Assembly: GCA_018052455.1 (NCBI GenBank)
Contig: JAGPNE010000001.1
Coordinates: forward strand, 60,761 to 124,760
Direction: 5' to 3'
Origin: Candidatus Fermentithermobacillaceae bacterium
Lineage (GTDB): Bacteria; Bacillota; Sulfobacillia; Fermentithermobacillales; Fermentithermobacillaceae
Length of the DNA: 64,000 bases
The notes beneath the pieces were generated by a model. The model searched no databases, was not told the DNA's origin, and saw only the letters and a program-made list of their open reading frames with translations. A program made the translations under genes and the position numbers. Of the stretch, positions 9,183-18,749 are shown one piece after another; within the stretch, counting starts at the first letter, position 1; every line of letters begins with the position of its first letter.

Positions 9183-10197
9183 GTCGCTCATATCTAGGGA
9201 GGTAACACCTGAAGATGAAATAGTAGAAGTCTCTCTGAGACCCTCTACTTTGTCCGAGTACATAGGACAGGAAAGGATCAAGGAGAATCTCTCCGTGTAT
9301 ATTGAAGCAGCGAGGCAAAGGCAGGACGCTGTAGATCATGTTTTGCTCTCGGGTCCACCGGGGTTAGGCAAAACTACTCTCGCCCACATCATCGCAAATG
9401 AACTCGGCGTAGGCATTAGGGTAACATCGGGACCCGCAATTGAAAGGTCGGGCGACCTTGTAGCGATTCTCACAAGCCTGCAAGACAGGGACGTCTTATT
9501 CATCGACGAAGTCCATAGGTTGAACCGCCAGGCTGAAGAAGCGTTATACCCAGCGATGGAAGATTTCAGTTTCGATTGGATTGCGGGTAAGGGACCGGGC
9601 GCCCGCACATACCGCCTGAAACTGCCTAGATTTACGCTCATCGCAGCCACTACAAGAAGTGGCCTTCTAACCTCGCCACTGAGAGATAGATTCGGCATAT
9701 CATTTAGACTGGAGTTCTACAGCGAGTATGAACTCTTTCAGGTAATCTGGAGGTCGGCGAAAATCCTTGGCGTCTTGATTGATGAGGAAGCGGCTCTTGA
9801 AATCGCAAGAAGATCAAGAGGTACTCCAAGAATTGCAAATAGGCTCCTAAGACGTGTACGGGATTATGCGCAGGTTAAGGGGGATGGCACCATACACAAA
9901 GAGATTGCAACCGAGTCTTTGGCGCTTATGGATATTGATCCCTACGGTTTGGATGGATTAGATCGTCAGTTTCTTTCGGCTCTTGTGGAAAACTACGGCG
10001 GAGGACCGGTTGGCCTATCAACTCTTGCGGCTTGTCTGAGCGAGGATCCCGGGACCCTAGAAGATGTCTATGAGCCCTATCTGCTGCAAATGGGTTTCTT
10101 GGAGAGAACCCCGCGGGGAAGGGTGGCTACCCAAAAAGGCGTAGCCTATGTGCTCGGAGAGTCCGCTAGTAGAAAGGGGCTCTTCGATAACCCTTGA
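9169..10197 (+). CDS. ruvB: Holliday junction DNA helicase RuvB
   Basis: AAA+ Walker [10 protein letters not shown], Walker [10 protein letters not shown], sensor and arginine-finger blocks. 342 aa. Confidence 0.95.
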   Translation: MQDSRSLISREVTPEDEIVEVSLRPSTLSEYIGQERIKENLSVYIEAARQRQDAVDHVLLSGPPGLGKTTLAHIIANELGVGIRVTSGPAIERSGDLVAILTSLQDRDVLFIDEVHRLNRQAEEALYPAMEDFSFDWIAGKGPGARTYRLKLPRFTLIAATTRSGLLTSPLRDRFGISFRLEFYSEYELFQVIWRSAKILGVLIDEEAALEIARRSRGTPRIANRLLRRVRDYAQVKGDGTIHKEIATESLALMDIDPYGLDGLDRQFLSALVENYGGGPVGLSTLAACLSEDPGTLEDVYEPYLLQMGFLERTPRGRVATQKGVAYVLGESASRKGLFDNP

Positions 10198-10718
10198 GAT
10201 TACTCCTTCATTCTTGCTGTGGTCCATGCACAACGTACCCGTTTCATTTTTATAGGGCTCAGGGTTTCCTTGTAGACGGTGTGTACTTCAATCCCAATAT
10301 TTACCCTGAAGAAGAGGAGCAAAAAAGGTGGGAAACATACGCGAGTTTTTGTCGCGAGAACTCTCTATCTGCGCAACGTGTTTATGTCCCGCATACTGAA
10401 TGGCTCAACGCGGTTTCTTGCGATTTGAGCAAACCTGCGAGGTGCAAGGCGTGCTATGCGTTTCGACTCAGAGAAGTGGCGCTTTTGGCAAGACAAGGAG
10501 CATATGATTTTTTCTCTACTACTCTGCTTGTAAGCCCATATCAGGATCACCAAGGGATCATAGATGCCTTGGCCGTAGCGTCACACGAGCATGAGATCCC
10601 ATACGTATACAATGATCTTAGGCGCGGTTATCTTCGGTCTCGGCAAATGGCACGAGGCTCTCATATGTACATGCAAAAGTACTGTGGTTGTGAGTTTAGC
10701 ATGGGAGGTGACAAATAG
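10194..10718 (+). CDS. queH: epoxyqueuosine reductase QueH (DUF208 family)
   Basis: [10 protein letters not shown]-terminal motif, CKACYAFRL and [11 protein letters not shown] cysteine motifs typical of the DUF208/QueH family. About 170 aa. Sits in a queuosine gene neighbourhood. Confidence 0.78.
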   Translation: MRLLLHSCCGPCTTYPFHFYRAQGFLVDGVYFNPNIYPEEEEQKRWETYASFCRENSLSAQRVYVPHTEWLNAVSCDLSKPARCKACYAFRLREVALLARQGAYDFFSTTLLVSPYQDHQGIIDALAVASHEHEIPYVYNDLRRGYLRSRQMARGSHMYMQKYCGCEFSMGGDK

Positions 10719-10722
10719 CCAA

Positions 10723-12156
10723 ATGACATCGACGACAAAAAAGGTTGCTGCAATGTCAATGTGGATACTCTGCATTATCTGCGCTGCTTTGTTCCCCACC
10801 CATGGCGCCGACATTCAGGTTGGTTTTGCAGCCGCGCAGATAGAACCGGAGATTCTTGTGGGGCTGGGCAGAACTACTGGTGTTACGGTTAGCGTCTCCG
10901 ATACCTACATCTTGCGTAACGGAGAAGGTGCGACTTTTGACCTGCCTGAAGGTTCCCAAGTGTCTTTGGATCTGATCGGCGGCAATTTAAAGTGCGCTGT
11001 TACTGTCAATGGGGACCCCGTCTACGAAGGTGAGACGTCTAACTCTGTGTTTATCATGTCTACTTCAGGCAAGGGCTTTTTTACGATAGTTAAGGATAAA
11101 AGCCCTGGTTCTCAACTGCTGGGAAGGTCGTATTGGGGTGATGCGGTTCTTCTTAGGGATTCAGAAGACCTTATCGTTGCAAACCTGATTGAACTAGAGA
11201 AATACTTGTGGTCAGTTGTATCTTGCGAGATCCCAAACAGTTGGAACGTTGAAACCTTAAAAGCCCAAGCTGTTGCATCTAGAACTTACGCTCTCAGCCA
11301 GATGGGTTCTCCTACGGGAAGTCAGTTAGGGTTTGACCGGGGTTTCATAGAATCGTCTTTGCTTCCGCAGCACGTAAAGATCTGGGCGGCATCGACCGAC
11401 CAGGAATACAAGGGCAGGACCTACGAAGATCTCCGAGTTGTTGCCGCATGCCTTGAAACGAAGGGGGAAGTCCTTACTTACGGAGGAGAACTGATTCAAG
11501 CATATTTCCATGCTGATGCGGCAGGTATGACGGAAGAGCCAAGATTCGTGTGGGGCGGTTCAGTCCCCTATTACGCTGCGGTTGCCGAAATAGAGCATTC
11601 GTCTCCACACTCTTCATGGGAAGTATCCTACGACGCCGGGTTGCTCGCGCAGAGGTTGAACGAAAAAGGCCTTACAGGATCTCCAAGCGTGATACTGGGC
11701 CTTGAACCCGGGGTGTCGGGAAGGTGGTCATTGCTTGATGTCAGATCCGCCAATGGGGACTTAAGACTAAAACCTACAGAGTTTAGGTCTATCCTTCAGC
11801 TGAAGAGCACCTGGTTCTCGGTTTTCAGACAAGGAGGTAACCTTCCAACACTAGGTTGCTTGAACCCCACATTGGACATATATGTCTGCAACGGAAATGC
11901 TGTCTGCAGGACTAGTCTTGCTAGCTGTAAGGCCGTTGGCGGCGAGGTTTCCTCGAGCACAGGAGTCGAACGAGGGGCTTTGGCCATGTCGGTAAGCAAG
12001 GACGGCCCTGTGACTTTCACGTTCAAAGGCAAGGGAAGCGGGCATGGCGTTGGGCTTTCCCAATGGGGCGCTAACGAAATGGCCAAATGCGGTTCGGACT
12101 ATTGTGATATACTTATGCATTATTATCCAGGGACAAGCATGGAACGATGGTGGTAG
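10723..12156 (+). CDS. SpoIID/LytB domain protein (peptidoglycan lytic transglycosylase or amidase enhancer)
   Basis: Signal peptide, then the SpoIID block (YLWSVVSCEIPNSWNVETLKAQAVASRTYAL) and the C-terminal GHGVGLSQWGA block. ATG at 10723 follows GGAGGTG, 4 nt after the queH stop. Confidence 0.78.
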   Translation: MTSTTKKVAAMSMWILCIICAALFPTHGADIQVGFAAAQIEPEILVGLGRTTGVTVSVSDTYILRNGEGATFDLPEGSQVSLDLIGGNLKCAVTVNGDPVYEGETSNSVFIMSTSGKGFFTIVKDKSPGSQLLGRSYWGDAVLLRDSEDLIVANLIELEKYLWSVVSCEIPNSWNVETLKAQAVASRTYALSQMGSPTGSQLGFDRGFIESSLLPQHVKIWAASTDQEYKGRTYEDLRVVAACLETKGEVLTYGGELIQAYFHADAAGMTEEPRFVWGGSVPYYAAVAEIEHSSPHSSWEVSYDAGLLAQRLNEKGLTGSPSVILGLEPGVSGRWSLLDVRSANGDLRLKPTEFRSILQLKSTWFSVFRQGGNLPTLGCLNPTLDIYVCNGNAVCRTSLASCKAVGGEVSSSTGVERGALAMSVSKDGPVTFTFKGKGSGHGVGLSQWGANEMAKCGSDYCDILMHYYPGTSMERWW

Positions 12157-12160
12157 TAGA

Positions 12161-13192
12161 GTGAAAACTGAAGAATTCGACTATTTCTTGCCAGAAGAAC
12201 TGATAGCTCAGACTCCTTTGACCAATAGAGATCAGTCACGCCTTCTGGTGGTTAACAGGCAGGAACGAAGTATCGTCCACAGAAGGTTTAGAGACATCAT
12301 CTCATATGTAGAGCCTGGTGATGTCCTCGTGGTAAATGATACAAGAGTTATTCCAGCCAGGCTTTTGGGATTTCGAGGAACCGGAGGCAAAGTAGAGGTA
12401 CTGCTTCTTCACCCATTGGGAGAAGATACGTGGGAATGTCTGGTTAAACCCGGGAATAAGATAAGGCCTGGCGACAAGATTTATGTAGGAGACAAGTCTT
12501 CCCCCGAACTTTCAGGCGAGGTACTGGAAAGAACATCATTTGGCGGGAGAGTAATAAAATGGTCTTATGATGGGGATTGGGAGGATCTGCTCAAACGACT
12601 TGGACGTGTTCCCTTGCCCCCTTACATAAAGATCCCTCTTGCAGATCCTGAAAGGTATCAAACTGTGTATGCTCGGATACCTGGCTCTGCAGCAGCTCCT
12701 ACAGCCGGCTTGCACTTTACTCCTGAGTTGCTCCAAGAAATCCGAAAAAAAGGTGTGGAAATTGTCTCTGTTACACTAGATGTAGGTCTTGGAACTTTCA
12801 GACCTGTGTCGGAAGAGAACATTGAAGAACATCAGATGCACAAGGAGTACTTCGAGATTGACGCCAAAGCGGCAAACACAATTAATGAAACTAAAAGAGC
12901 CGGCAGACGTGTTTTTGCTGTAGGGACCACCGTTGTAAGAGTTCTTGAAAGCTCGTGTGGAGAAGATGGGTTACTGTTGCCAAAGCATGATGCTACCGAC
13001 CTCTTCATATACCCAGGATACAGTTTCAAAGTCGTAGATTGTCTCATAACCAACTTCCATCTGCCAAAGTCTACTTTGCTTATGCTTGTGAGCGCTTTTG
13101 CTGGCAAAGACCTTGTCATGACAGCCTACAAAGAGGCTGTAGAGGAGAAGTACAGGTTTTTTTCATTTGGAGATGCAATGCTTATAGTATAG
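12161..13192 (+). CDS. queA: S-adenosylmethionine:tRNA ribosyltransferase-isomerase
   Basis: N-terminal FDYFLPEELIAQTP and PPYIK, AAPTAGLHFT motifs. GTG start 4 nt after the spoIID stop. The upstream part of the six-frame ORF is non-homologous. Confidence 0.9.
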   Translation: MKTEEFDYFLPEELIAQTPLTNRDQSRLLVVNRQERSIVHRRFRDIISYVEPGDVLVVNDTRVIPARLLGFRGTGGKVEVLLLHPLGEDTWECLVKPGNKIRPGDKIYVGDKSSPELSGEVLERTSFGGRVIKWSYDGDWEDLLKRLGRVPLPPYIKIPLADPERYQTVYARIPGSAAAPTAGLHFTPELLQEIRKKGVEIVSVTLDVGLGTFRPVSEENIEEHQMHKEYFEIDAKAANTINETKRAGRRVFAVGTTVVRVLESSCGEDGLLLPKHDATDLFIYPGYSFKVVDCLITNFHLPKSTLLMLVSAFAGKDLVMTAYKEAVEEKYRFFSFGDAMLIV

Positions 13193-13248
13193 TATAGAAG
13201 CCGCGGGAGTTTGGGAGACGGACCTACATAAACTAAAGAGGGAAGAAT

Positions 13249-14355
13249 GTGGCGGGACTTACTTTTGAAGTAGTTTCAGAAAACGGAAGGTCCAGGATTG
13301 GGACTGTGAAGACATCTCACGGCCAATTTGCTACACCCGTATTTATGCCCGTAGGGACCCAGGCGACTATCAAGTCGGTTCTCCCTTCGGATGTCTGGGA
13401 AACAGGCTCTTCAATCATCCTTTCTAATGCGTATCACTTGTTCCTCAGGCCCGGGCCAGAAGTCATTAGGGCTGCAGGTGGACTTCATTCGTTTATGAAT
13501 TGGCCTGGGTCGATTCTGACAGACAGTGGCGGATTTCAGATTATGAGCCTAGGCCAGATGGTATCTATTTCTGATGAAGCAGCAGTTTTCAGATCTCACA
13601 TTGACGGCAGTCTTGTTAGGTTCAGCCCTGAAGATGCCATGAAAGCTCAGACTGCCTTTGGCGCGGATATCATCATGTGCCTGGATCAGTGCATTAGGCA
13701 TCCCGCTACCTACTACGAAGCAAAGGAAGCTATGGAAAGGAGCTTGCTTTGGGCTAGGCGTTCACGAGAGGAAGAGATTCCTGATACTCAATCTCTTTTT
13801 GCCATTGTACAAGGTTCGGTGTTTCCAGAACTGAGAAAACACTGCTCTTTGGAGCTTGCTGCATTGGATTTCCCAGGGTATGCAATTGGTGGTCTATCTG
13901 TAGGAGAGTCCAAAGATGACTTTTATGACATACTTAAGCATACAACCAGATATCTGCCAGAGGACAAACCTAGGTATTTGATGGGTGTAGGTCACCCTGT
14001 GGATATTATAGAGGGAGTCGAGTCAGGGATAGACATGTTTGATTGTGTGCTGCCTACTCGAAACGCGAGACATGGTAGAGCGTTTACCTTTGAGGGTCCT
14101 TTGAATCTTAGGAATGCGTGTTTTGCCGAGGATTTTCTTCCCATCGAAGAGGGCTGTGATTGCGCTACGTGTCAAGGTTTCTCGCGTGCATACATCAGGC
14201 ATCTTGTCTTAGCCAAGGAAAGTCTGGCTTGGACGCTCCTTACGATTCACAACATCAGATTCTTCCAAAGGTTCATGGAAAGGGTCCGTGAGTGTGTAGT
14301 GAACAGCACGCTCCAAGAGTTTCGCGAAGAGATCACCCGGGTATATCCTGTATGA
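13249..14355 (+). CDS. tgt: queuine tRNA-ribosyltransferase
   Basis: FETPVFMPVGTQ-type N-terminus, LTDSGGFQ, zinc motif CDCATCQGFSRAYIRHL. 368 aa. Confidence 0.92.
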   Translation: MAGLTFEVVSENGRSRIGTVKTSHGQFATPVFMPVGTQATIKSVLPSDVWETGSSIILSNAYHLFLRPGPEVIRAAGGLHSFMNWPGSILTDSGGFQIMSLGQMVSISDEAAVFRSHIDGSLVRFSPEDAMKAQTAFGADIIMCLDQCIRHPATYYEAKEAMERSLLWARRSREEEIPDTQSLFAIVQGSVFPELRKHCSLELAALDFPGYAIGGLSVGESKDDFYDILKHTTRYLPEDKPRYLMGVGHPVDIIEGVESGIDMFDCVLPTRNARHGRAFTFEGPLNLRNACFAEDFLPIEEGCDCATCQGFSRAYIRHLVLAKESLAWTLLTIHNIRFFQRFMERVRECVVNSTLQEFREEITRVYPV

Positions 14356-14465
14356 CTATGTTGGTTGACGCAAACAAGGTAATATGTGTTAGAAGGTAGA
14401 ACATAGATAGTAGGTCTATCTATTGTGTTGGAATTCAAGTAGAATACCAAATTCAAAAGGAGGTC

Positions 14466-14756
14466 TTGAACTTGAGTTTTGCAGCCGCTGCACCAAGCCA
14501 GATGGTCGGTAGTATTGTCTGGTTGGTTGTGCTTTTCGCCCTCATGTATTTTCTTCTCATACGTCCTCAGCAAAAAGAACAGAAAGAGAGGGCAGAGATG
14601 ATCCGCTCTCTGAAGCCAGGCGACAAGGTTGTCACCATGGGGGGACTGGTTGGGGTCGTCACCAAAGTTGAGGATTTGTCGGTAAAGGTTAGGGTCGCCG
14701 AAAAAGTAGAAGTGGACGTGCTCAAAACAGGCGTGGCAAGGGTTTTGAACGAGTAA
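14466..14756 (+). CDS. yajC: preprotein translocase subunit YajC
   Basis: Single TM helix then LIRPQQK and GDKVVTMGGLVG motifs. About 90 aa. Conserved downstream of tgt. Confidence 0.82.
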   Translation: MNLSFAAAAPSQMVGSIVWLVVLFALMYFLLIRPQQKEQKERAEMIRSLKPGDKVVTMGGLVGVVTKVEDLSVKVRVAEKVEVDVLKTGVARVLNE

Positions 14757-14806
14757 AATAAGCACATATTTCTCAATCTCATCCTATTGGCTCTCAAAAG
14801 TGATCC

Positions 14807-14836
14807 AATCCGGGCTTTGCGCCCGGATTATTTTTG
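14807..14836 (+). terminator. rho-independent terminator after yajC
   Basis: 9-bp GC-rich stem AATCCGGGC/GCCCGGATT with a 4-nt loop, followed by TTTTT. Confidence 0.7.
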
Positions 14837-14931
14837 ATATAATGAGATGTGCTAAAGAAGGAACAATGAGTTGATTGGCGAATTCACTAGGTTAGGTATT
14901 GGGCTATCAAAAGGAATGAAGGACAGATCCA

Positions 14932-15966
14932 ATGAGGCAGATTGGCAAAACCAATTCGGCAGCAGACGCAAACCATGACGGCATTACTCCTAGTGTTCCT
15001 TTCCGCGTAAACAGGGAAGGAGATCTCCCCTTACACCTCCAGGTAAAACGAAACATGAGTAACCTTATCTCCCAGGGTTATTGGGGCAAGGGCGAAAAAC
15101 TACCCACTGAGAGAGAGTTGGCCATCGCGCTCGGAGTCAGTAGAAATACTGTAAGTCTCGCGTACCGGCAACTAGAAACCGAAGGATTGATAACCTCAAG
15201 GCAAGGGCGGGGCACCTTTGTGTCTGATGCGGATTACGTTCTTAGCATCGAAGACCGAAATGACAGATTGTCCCGTGTAGTTGACGCTTCAATTGACGAC
15301 GCGTTGCTCTTAGGTTTCACTCTCGACGAGTTTGTGTCAGTAGTAGAACAAGAAGTAGAGAAGAGACGCCAATTGTTCAAAGAAGTGGAGATTGCGTTTA
15401 TCGAATGCAATCGTGAACAGCTAGACTATTTTGCCCGTGAGATCGAGATTGGCACAGGCGTACGGGTGATGCCGATAATGGTTGATGCTCTGGATTTTGA
15501 AGAAGAGTACAGGAAAGTACTAGAAGCCGACCTCATTGTAACCACTTTCTTTCATCTGGATGAGGTCCGAAGGAAGCTGCCCGAACGGCAGGATGATGTT
15601 TTAGGTATAGCTCTGGACCCGGTTATCGAATCCATGGTCAAGATTGCCCGACTTCCTCAAGGGACGAAAGTTCTCTTGGTGTGTATTTCCCAAGCTTTCG
15701 CTGAAAGAGTTCTGAAATCCATTGAGCTTGCAGGTATCAGAGAATTAGACATCCAAATCTATACGCAAAAGGATACCACGACGCTCAAGGAATCTCTTGA
15801 AGGTAAAGGCGCTGTAATCGTATCTCCTGGAAGACTCAAGGAGGTAATGCCATTGGTTGAGACGGGAACTCAGATAATCGAGTTCATCTATAGGCCTGAT
15901 GCAGGTTCTATGAACCTGCTAAGATCTTCTGTGCTAGAGCACAGGAAGAAGAGAAACAATAATTAG
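14932..15966 (+). CDS. GntR-family transcriptional regulator with an extended (about 250 aa) C-terminal effector domain
   Basis: N-terminal winged HTH (PLHLQVKRNMSNLISQGYWGKGEKLPTERELAIALGVSRNTVSLAYRQLETEGLI). The stop lies 13 nt before the next gene. Confidence 0.7.
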   Translation: MRQIGKTNSAADANHDGITPSVPFRVNREGDLPLHLQVKRNMSNLISQGYWGKGEKLPTERELAIALGVSRNTVSLAYRQLETEGLITSRQGRGTFVSDADYVLSIEDRNDRLSRVVDASIDDALLLGFTLDEFVSVVEQEVEKRRQLFKEVEIAFIECNREQLDYFAREIEIGTGVRVMPIMVDALDFEEEYRKVLEADLIVTTFFHLDEVRRKLPERQDDVLGIALDPVIESMVKIARLPQGTKVLLVCISQAFAERVLKSIELAGIRELDIQIYTQKDTTTLKESLEGKGAVIVSPGRLKEVMPLVETGTQIIEFIYRPDAGSMNLLRSSVLEHRKKRNNN

Positions 15967-15979
15967 GAGGCGATTTATC

Positions 15980-16189
15980 GTGGACCAAAATCTACCATGG
16001 GAGATAACGATCAACTCCAAATGGTGTAAGAAATGTGGGCTATGTGTGGAGTTCTGCCCACGCCAGGTCCTGGAAATGGGTGACGATGCTCCGGTAGTGA
16101 AGGACGCTTCGCGTTGCATCGGGTGCCTGTTGTGTGAAATGCACTGTCCTGACTTTGCCATCTCAGTAAAAGGAGGCGTGAAGGAATGA
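15980..16189 (+). CDS. 2-oxoacid:ferredoxin oxidoreductase delta subunit (2x[4Fe-4S] ferredoxin)
   Basis: Two CxxCxxCxxxCP motifs (CKKCGLCVEFCP, CIGCLLCEMHCP). 69 aa. Confidence 0.8.
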   Translation: MDQNLPWEITINSKWCKKCGLCVEFCPRQVLEMGDDAPVVKDASRCIGCLLCEMHCPDFAISVKGGVKE

Positions 16190-17334
16190 TGAAGAAGGGT
16201 TCTCAGCTTCTTCAGGGGAACGAAGCATGTGTTGAAGGAGCAATCGCAGCAGGTTTACGGTTTTTCGCAGGATATCCCATAACTCCTTCCACCGAGATTG
16301 CAGAACTATGTGCTGCCCGGCTTCCGCAAGTTGGGGGCAGATTCATGCAGATGGAAGACGAGATAGCAAGCATGGCCGCGGTATGCGGTGCATCTCTAGC
16401 TGGGCTAAAGGTCATGACTGCAACGAGCGGTCCTGGTTTTTCGCTCAAACAAGAGAACTTGGGGTTTGCCGTAGAAGGCGAAATACCATGTGTTGTAGTT
16501 GATGTGCAGCGAGTAGGACCATCAACAGGCATGCCCACGTCAGCCGCGCAAGGAGACGTTATGCAGGCAAGATGGGGCGTACATGGCGATCATGAGATAG
16601 TTGCTTTATCCCCGTCTTCAGTAAGAGAAACTTACACTCTTACTGTTGAGGCGTTCAATATAGCCGAGGAATTGCGCACACCTGTGATCTTGTTGATGGA
16701 CGAAATGATAGGGCACTTGAGGGAAAAGGTTTCTCTGCCCGATAAGTCCGAGCTAGTCATAAAAAACCGAGAGAAACCAACCGTTCCTCCTGAGCAGTAT
16801 AAGCCGTTTGCTCTGAACCAAGGAAAGATCCCTGGAGTTCCGCCGTTGGCAGCCTACGGAGACGGATATAGGTTCCATGTAACGGGTCTTACGCACGGCG
16901 AAGATGGCTTCCCTACAAATAATCCTGTAGTAGGAGAGAAGCAGATCCTAAGGATCAATGAAAAGATTCGCCAAAGGAAGAACGAACTATGCAAGGTAGA
17001 AGAGTTTTATCTTGACGATGCAGAGATTGTTGTATTTGCGTATGGTGGAACTGCAAGATCTGCTAAGAAGGCAGTGAAAGATGCGCGTGCCCAGGGAATA
17101 AAGGCAGGATTGCTCAGACCTATTACTATTTGGCCTTTCGTTGAAGATGCAGTTCTGAGAGTAAAAACCAAGACTCCGAAGGCTGTAATTGTCCCTGAGA
17201 TGAACCTGGGTCAGCTGGTGTTGCCTGTCAAGAGAGTTGTCGGCGATAGCTGCCCGGTAGTGCCTATCAACAAGGTTGCAGGCCAGCTTATCGAACCCGA
17301 TGAGATCCTCAAGGTCATAAAGGAGGCGATGTAG
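16186..17334 (+). CDS. 2-oxoacid:ferredoxin oxidoreductase alpha subunit (KorA/PorA/VorA family)
   Basis: N-terminus GNEACVEGAIAAGLRFFAGYPITPSTEI. 382 aa. Overlaps the delta-subunit stop. Confidence 0.88.
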   Translation: MMKKGSQLLQGNEACVEGAIAAGLRFFAGYPITPSTEIAELCAARLPQVGGRFMQMEDEIASMAAVCGASLAGLKVMTATSGPGFSLKQENLGFAVEGEIPCVVVDVQRVGPSTGMPTSAAQGDVMQARWGVHGDHEIVALSPSSVRETYTLTVEAFNIAEELRTPVILLMDEMIGHLREKVSLPDKSELVIKNREKPTVPPEQYKPFALNQGKIPGVPPLAAYGDGYRFHVTGLTHGEDGFPTNNPVVGEKQILRINEKIRQRKNELCKVEEFYLDDAEIVVFAYGGTARSAKKAVKDARAQGIKAGLLRPITIWPFVEDAVLRVKTKTPKAVIVPEMNLGQLVLPVKRVVGDSCPVVPINKVAGQLIEPDEILKVIKEAM

Positions 17335-17335
17335 C

Positions 17336-18160
17336 ATGGCTCTTCCCCTAGAAAAATACCTAAGAGTTAACAAAATGCCCCACATTTGGTGCCCTGGTTG
17401 TGGACACGGCATCATCACTCAAGCTATTGTCCGCGCAATTGACGAACTGGGCATTGATACTGAAAAAACAGTTGTTGTGTCAGGAATTGGATGCTCCTCC
17501 AGAGCGCCGGGATATATGAATTTCGATACGCTTCATACTACCCATGGCAGGGCCATTGCTTTTGCTACCGGAATTAAGATGGCTCGGCCTGAGTTGCGCG
17601 TGATCGTGATTACGGGCGATGGTGATGCAGCCGCAATAGGAGGAAATCACCTGATTCATGCAGCTAGGCGCAACCTAGATCTTACTGTGATTTGTTTCAA
17701 CAATAATATATATGGAATGACCTCGGGTCAGTATTCTCCTCTTACTCCTCAAGGCAGTTACGCAACTACTGCCCCATACGGTATGTTGGAGAGACCTTTT
17801 GATTTGTGCGAACTGGTAGCAGGTGCAGGCGGCACTTTTGCAGCACGCAGCACTACGTATCATGCAAGGCATCTGACGAATATGATAAAAGAAGCTATTT
17901 CCCATGATGGATTTGCGTTTGTGGATGCCCTCTCTCAATGTCCGACATATTACGGCAGGCGAAACAAGTTGCGGACACCTTTGGACATGATGAATTGGTT
18001 CAAAGATCGCGCTGTACCTAAGGCTTCCTGGGAAAAACTAAGCGCTGAGGAGCAAGACGGCAAGTTCCCAATCGGGGTGCTGGTAAAGAAGGAATCTCCT
18101 GAGCTTACCCGTGTTTACGCTGAGCTCATTGAAAAGATAGAGCAAAGGGGTGAGGAGTAA
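17336..18160 (+). CDS. 2-oxoacid:ferredoxin oxidoreductase beta subunit (TPP-binding)
   Basis: WCPGCGHG motif and TPP-binding GDGD block (ITGDGDAAAIGGNH). Confidence 0.88.
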   Translation: MALPLEKYLRVNKMPHIWCPGCGHGIITQAIVRAIDELGIDTEKTVVVSGIGCSSRAPGYMNFDTLHTTHGRAIAFATGIKMARPELRVIVITGDGDAAAIGGNHLIHAARRNLDLTVICFNNNIYGMTSGQYSPLTPQGSYATTAPYGMLERPFDLCELVAGAGGTFAARSTTYHARHLTNMIKEAISHDGFAFVDALSQCPTYYGRRNKLRTPLDMMNWFKDRAVPKASWEKLSAEEQDGKFPIGVLVKKESPELTRVYAELIEKIEQRGEE

Positions 18161-18693
18161 TGAGATTAGAACTCCGGTTTGCAGGTGAGGGAGGGCAGGG
18201 GCTCATAACCGCGGGAATAATCCTTGCGGAAGCCTGCGCAGAGTATACTGATTTGAATGCCATTCAGACTCAATCTTACGGGCCTGAGTCAAGAGGCGGT
18301 GCATCTCGAGCGGATGTCATAATCTCAACAGAGGAGATAGATTATCCTGAGGTCAAGAATCCCGATATTCTACTGGTGATGGCTCAAGAGGCGGCGGACA
18401 AATATGCGTCAAGCATTAAGCCCGGCGGAACTATAGTTGTTGACTCAACCTATGTGAAGCTTCCTTCAAAGGAAGGCGTAAGGGTTGTAGAGTATGCTAT
18501 AAGCGAAAAAGCGAGGGAACTGGGACGGGAGATCGTGGCTAACATCGTAGCCCTAGGGCTCATTGTGGGACTTACAGAAGTGGTGCCACAGGAAGCGGTA
18601 ATTGCCGCTATCTTAGACCGAGTTCCTAAGGGAACTGAGGAACTGAACAAGAAGGCGTTTTCAGCCGGCTTGGAAGCAGCTAAAACGCTTTGA
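18160..18693 (+). CDS. 2-oxoacid:ferredoxin oxidoreductase gamma subunit
   Basis: GEGGQG motif (RFAGEGGQGLITAG). 177 aa. Overlaps the beta-subunit stop. Confidence 0.85.
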   Translation: MRLELRFAGEGGQGLITAGIILAEACAEYTDLNAIQTQSYGPESRGGASRADVIISTEEIDYPEVKNPDILLVMAQEAADKYASSIKPGGTIVVDSTYVKLPSKEGVRVVEYAISEKARELGREIVANIVALGLIVGLTEVVPQEAVIAAILDRVPKGTEELNKKAFSAGLEAAKTL

Positions 18694-18749
18694 AACATTG
18701 CAAATGGAGGTACAACTGAAGCTTACGAAAAAAGGGGGGTTACAGGATA

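Noticed and set aside
12044-12160. Longer queA starting at 12044
   Set aside because: It would overlap the last 113 nt of spoIID with a non-homologous N-terminus. QueA homology begins at the GTG at 12161 (FDYFLPEELIAQ).
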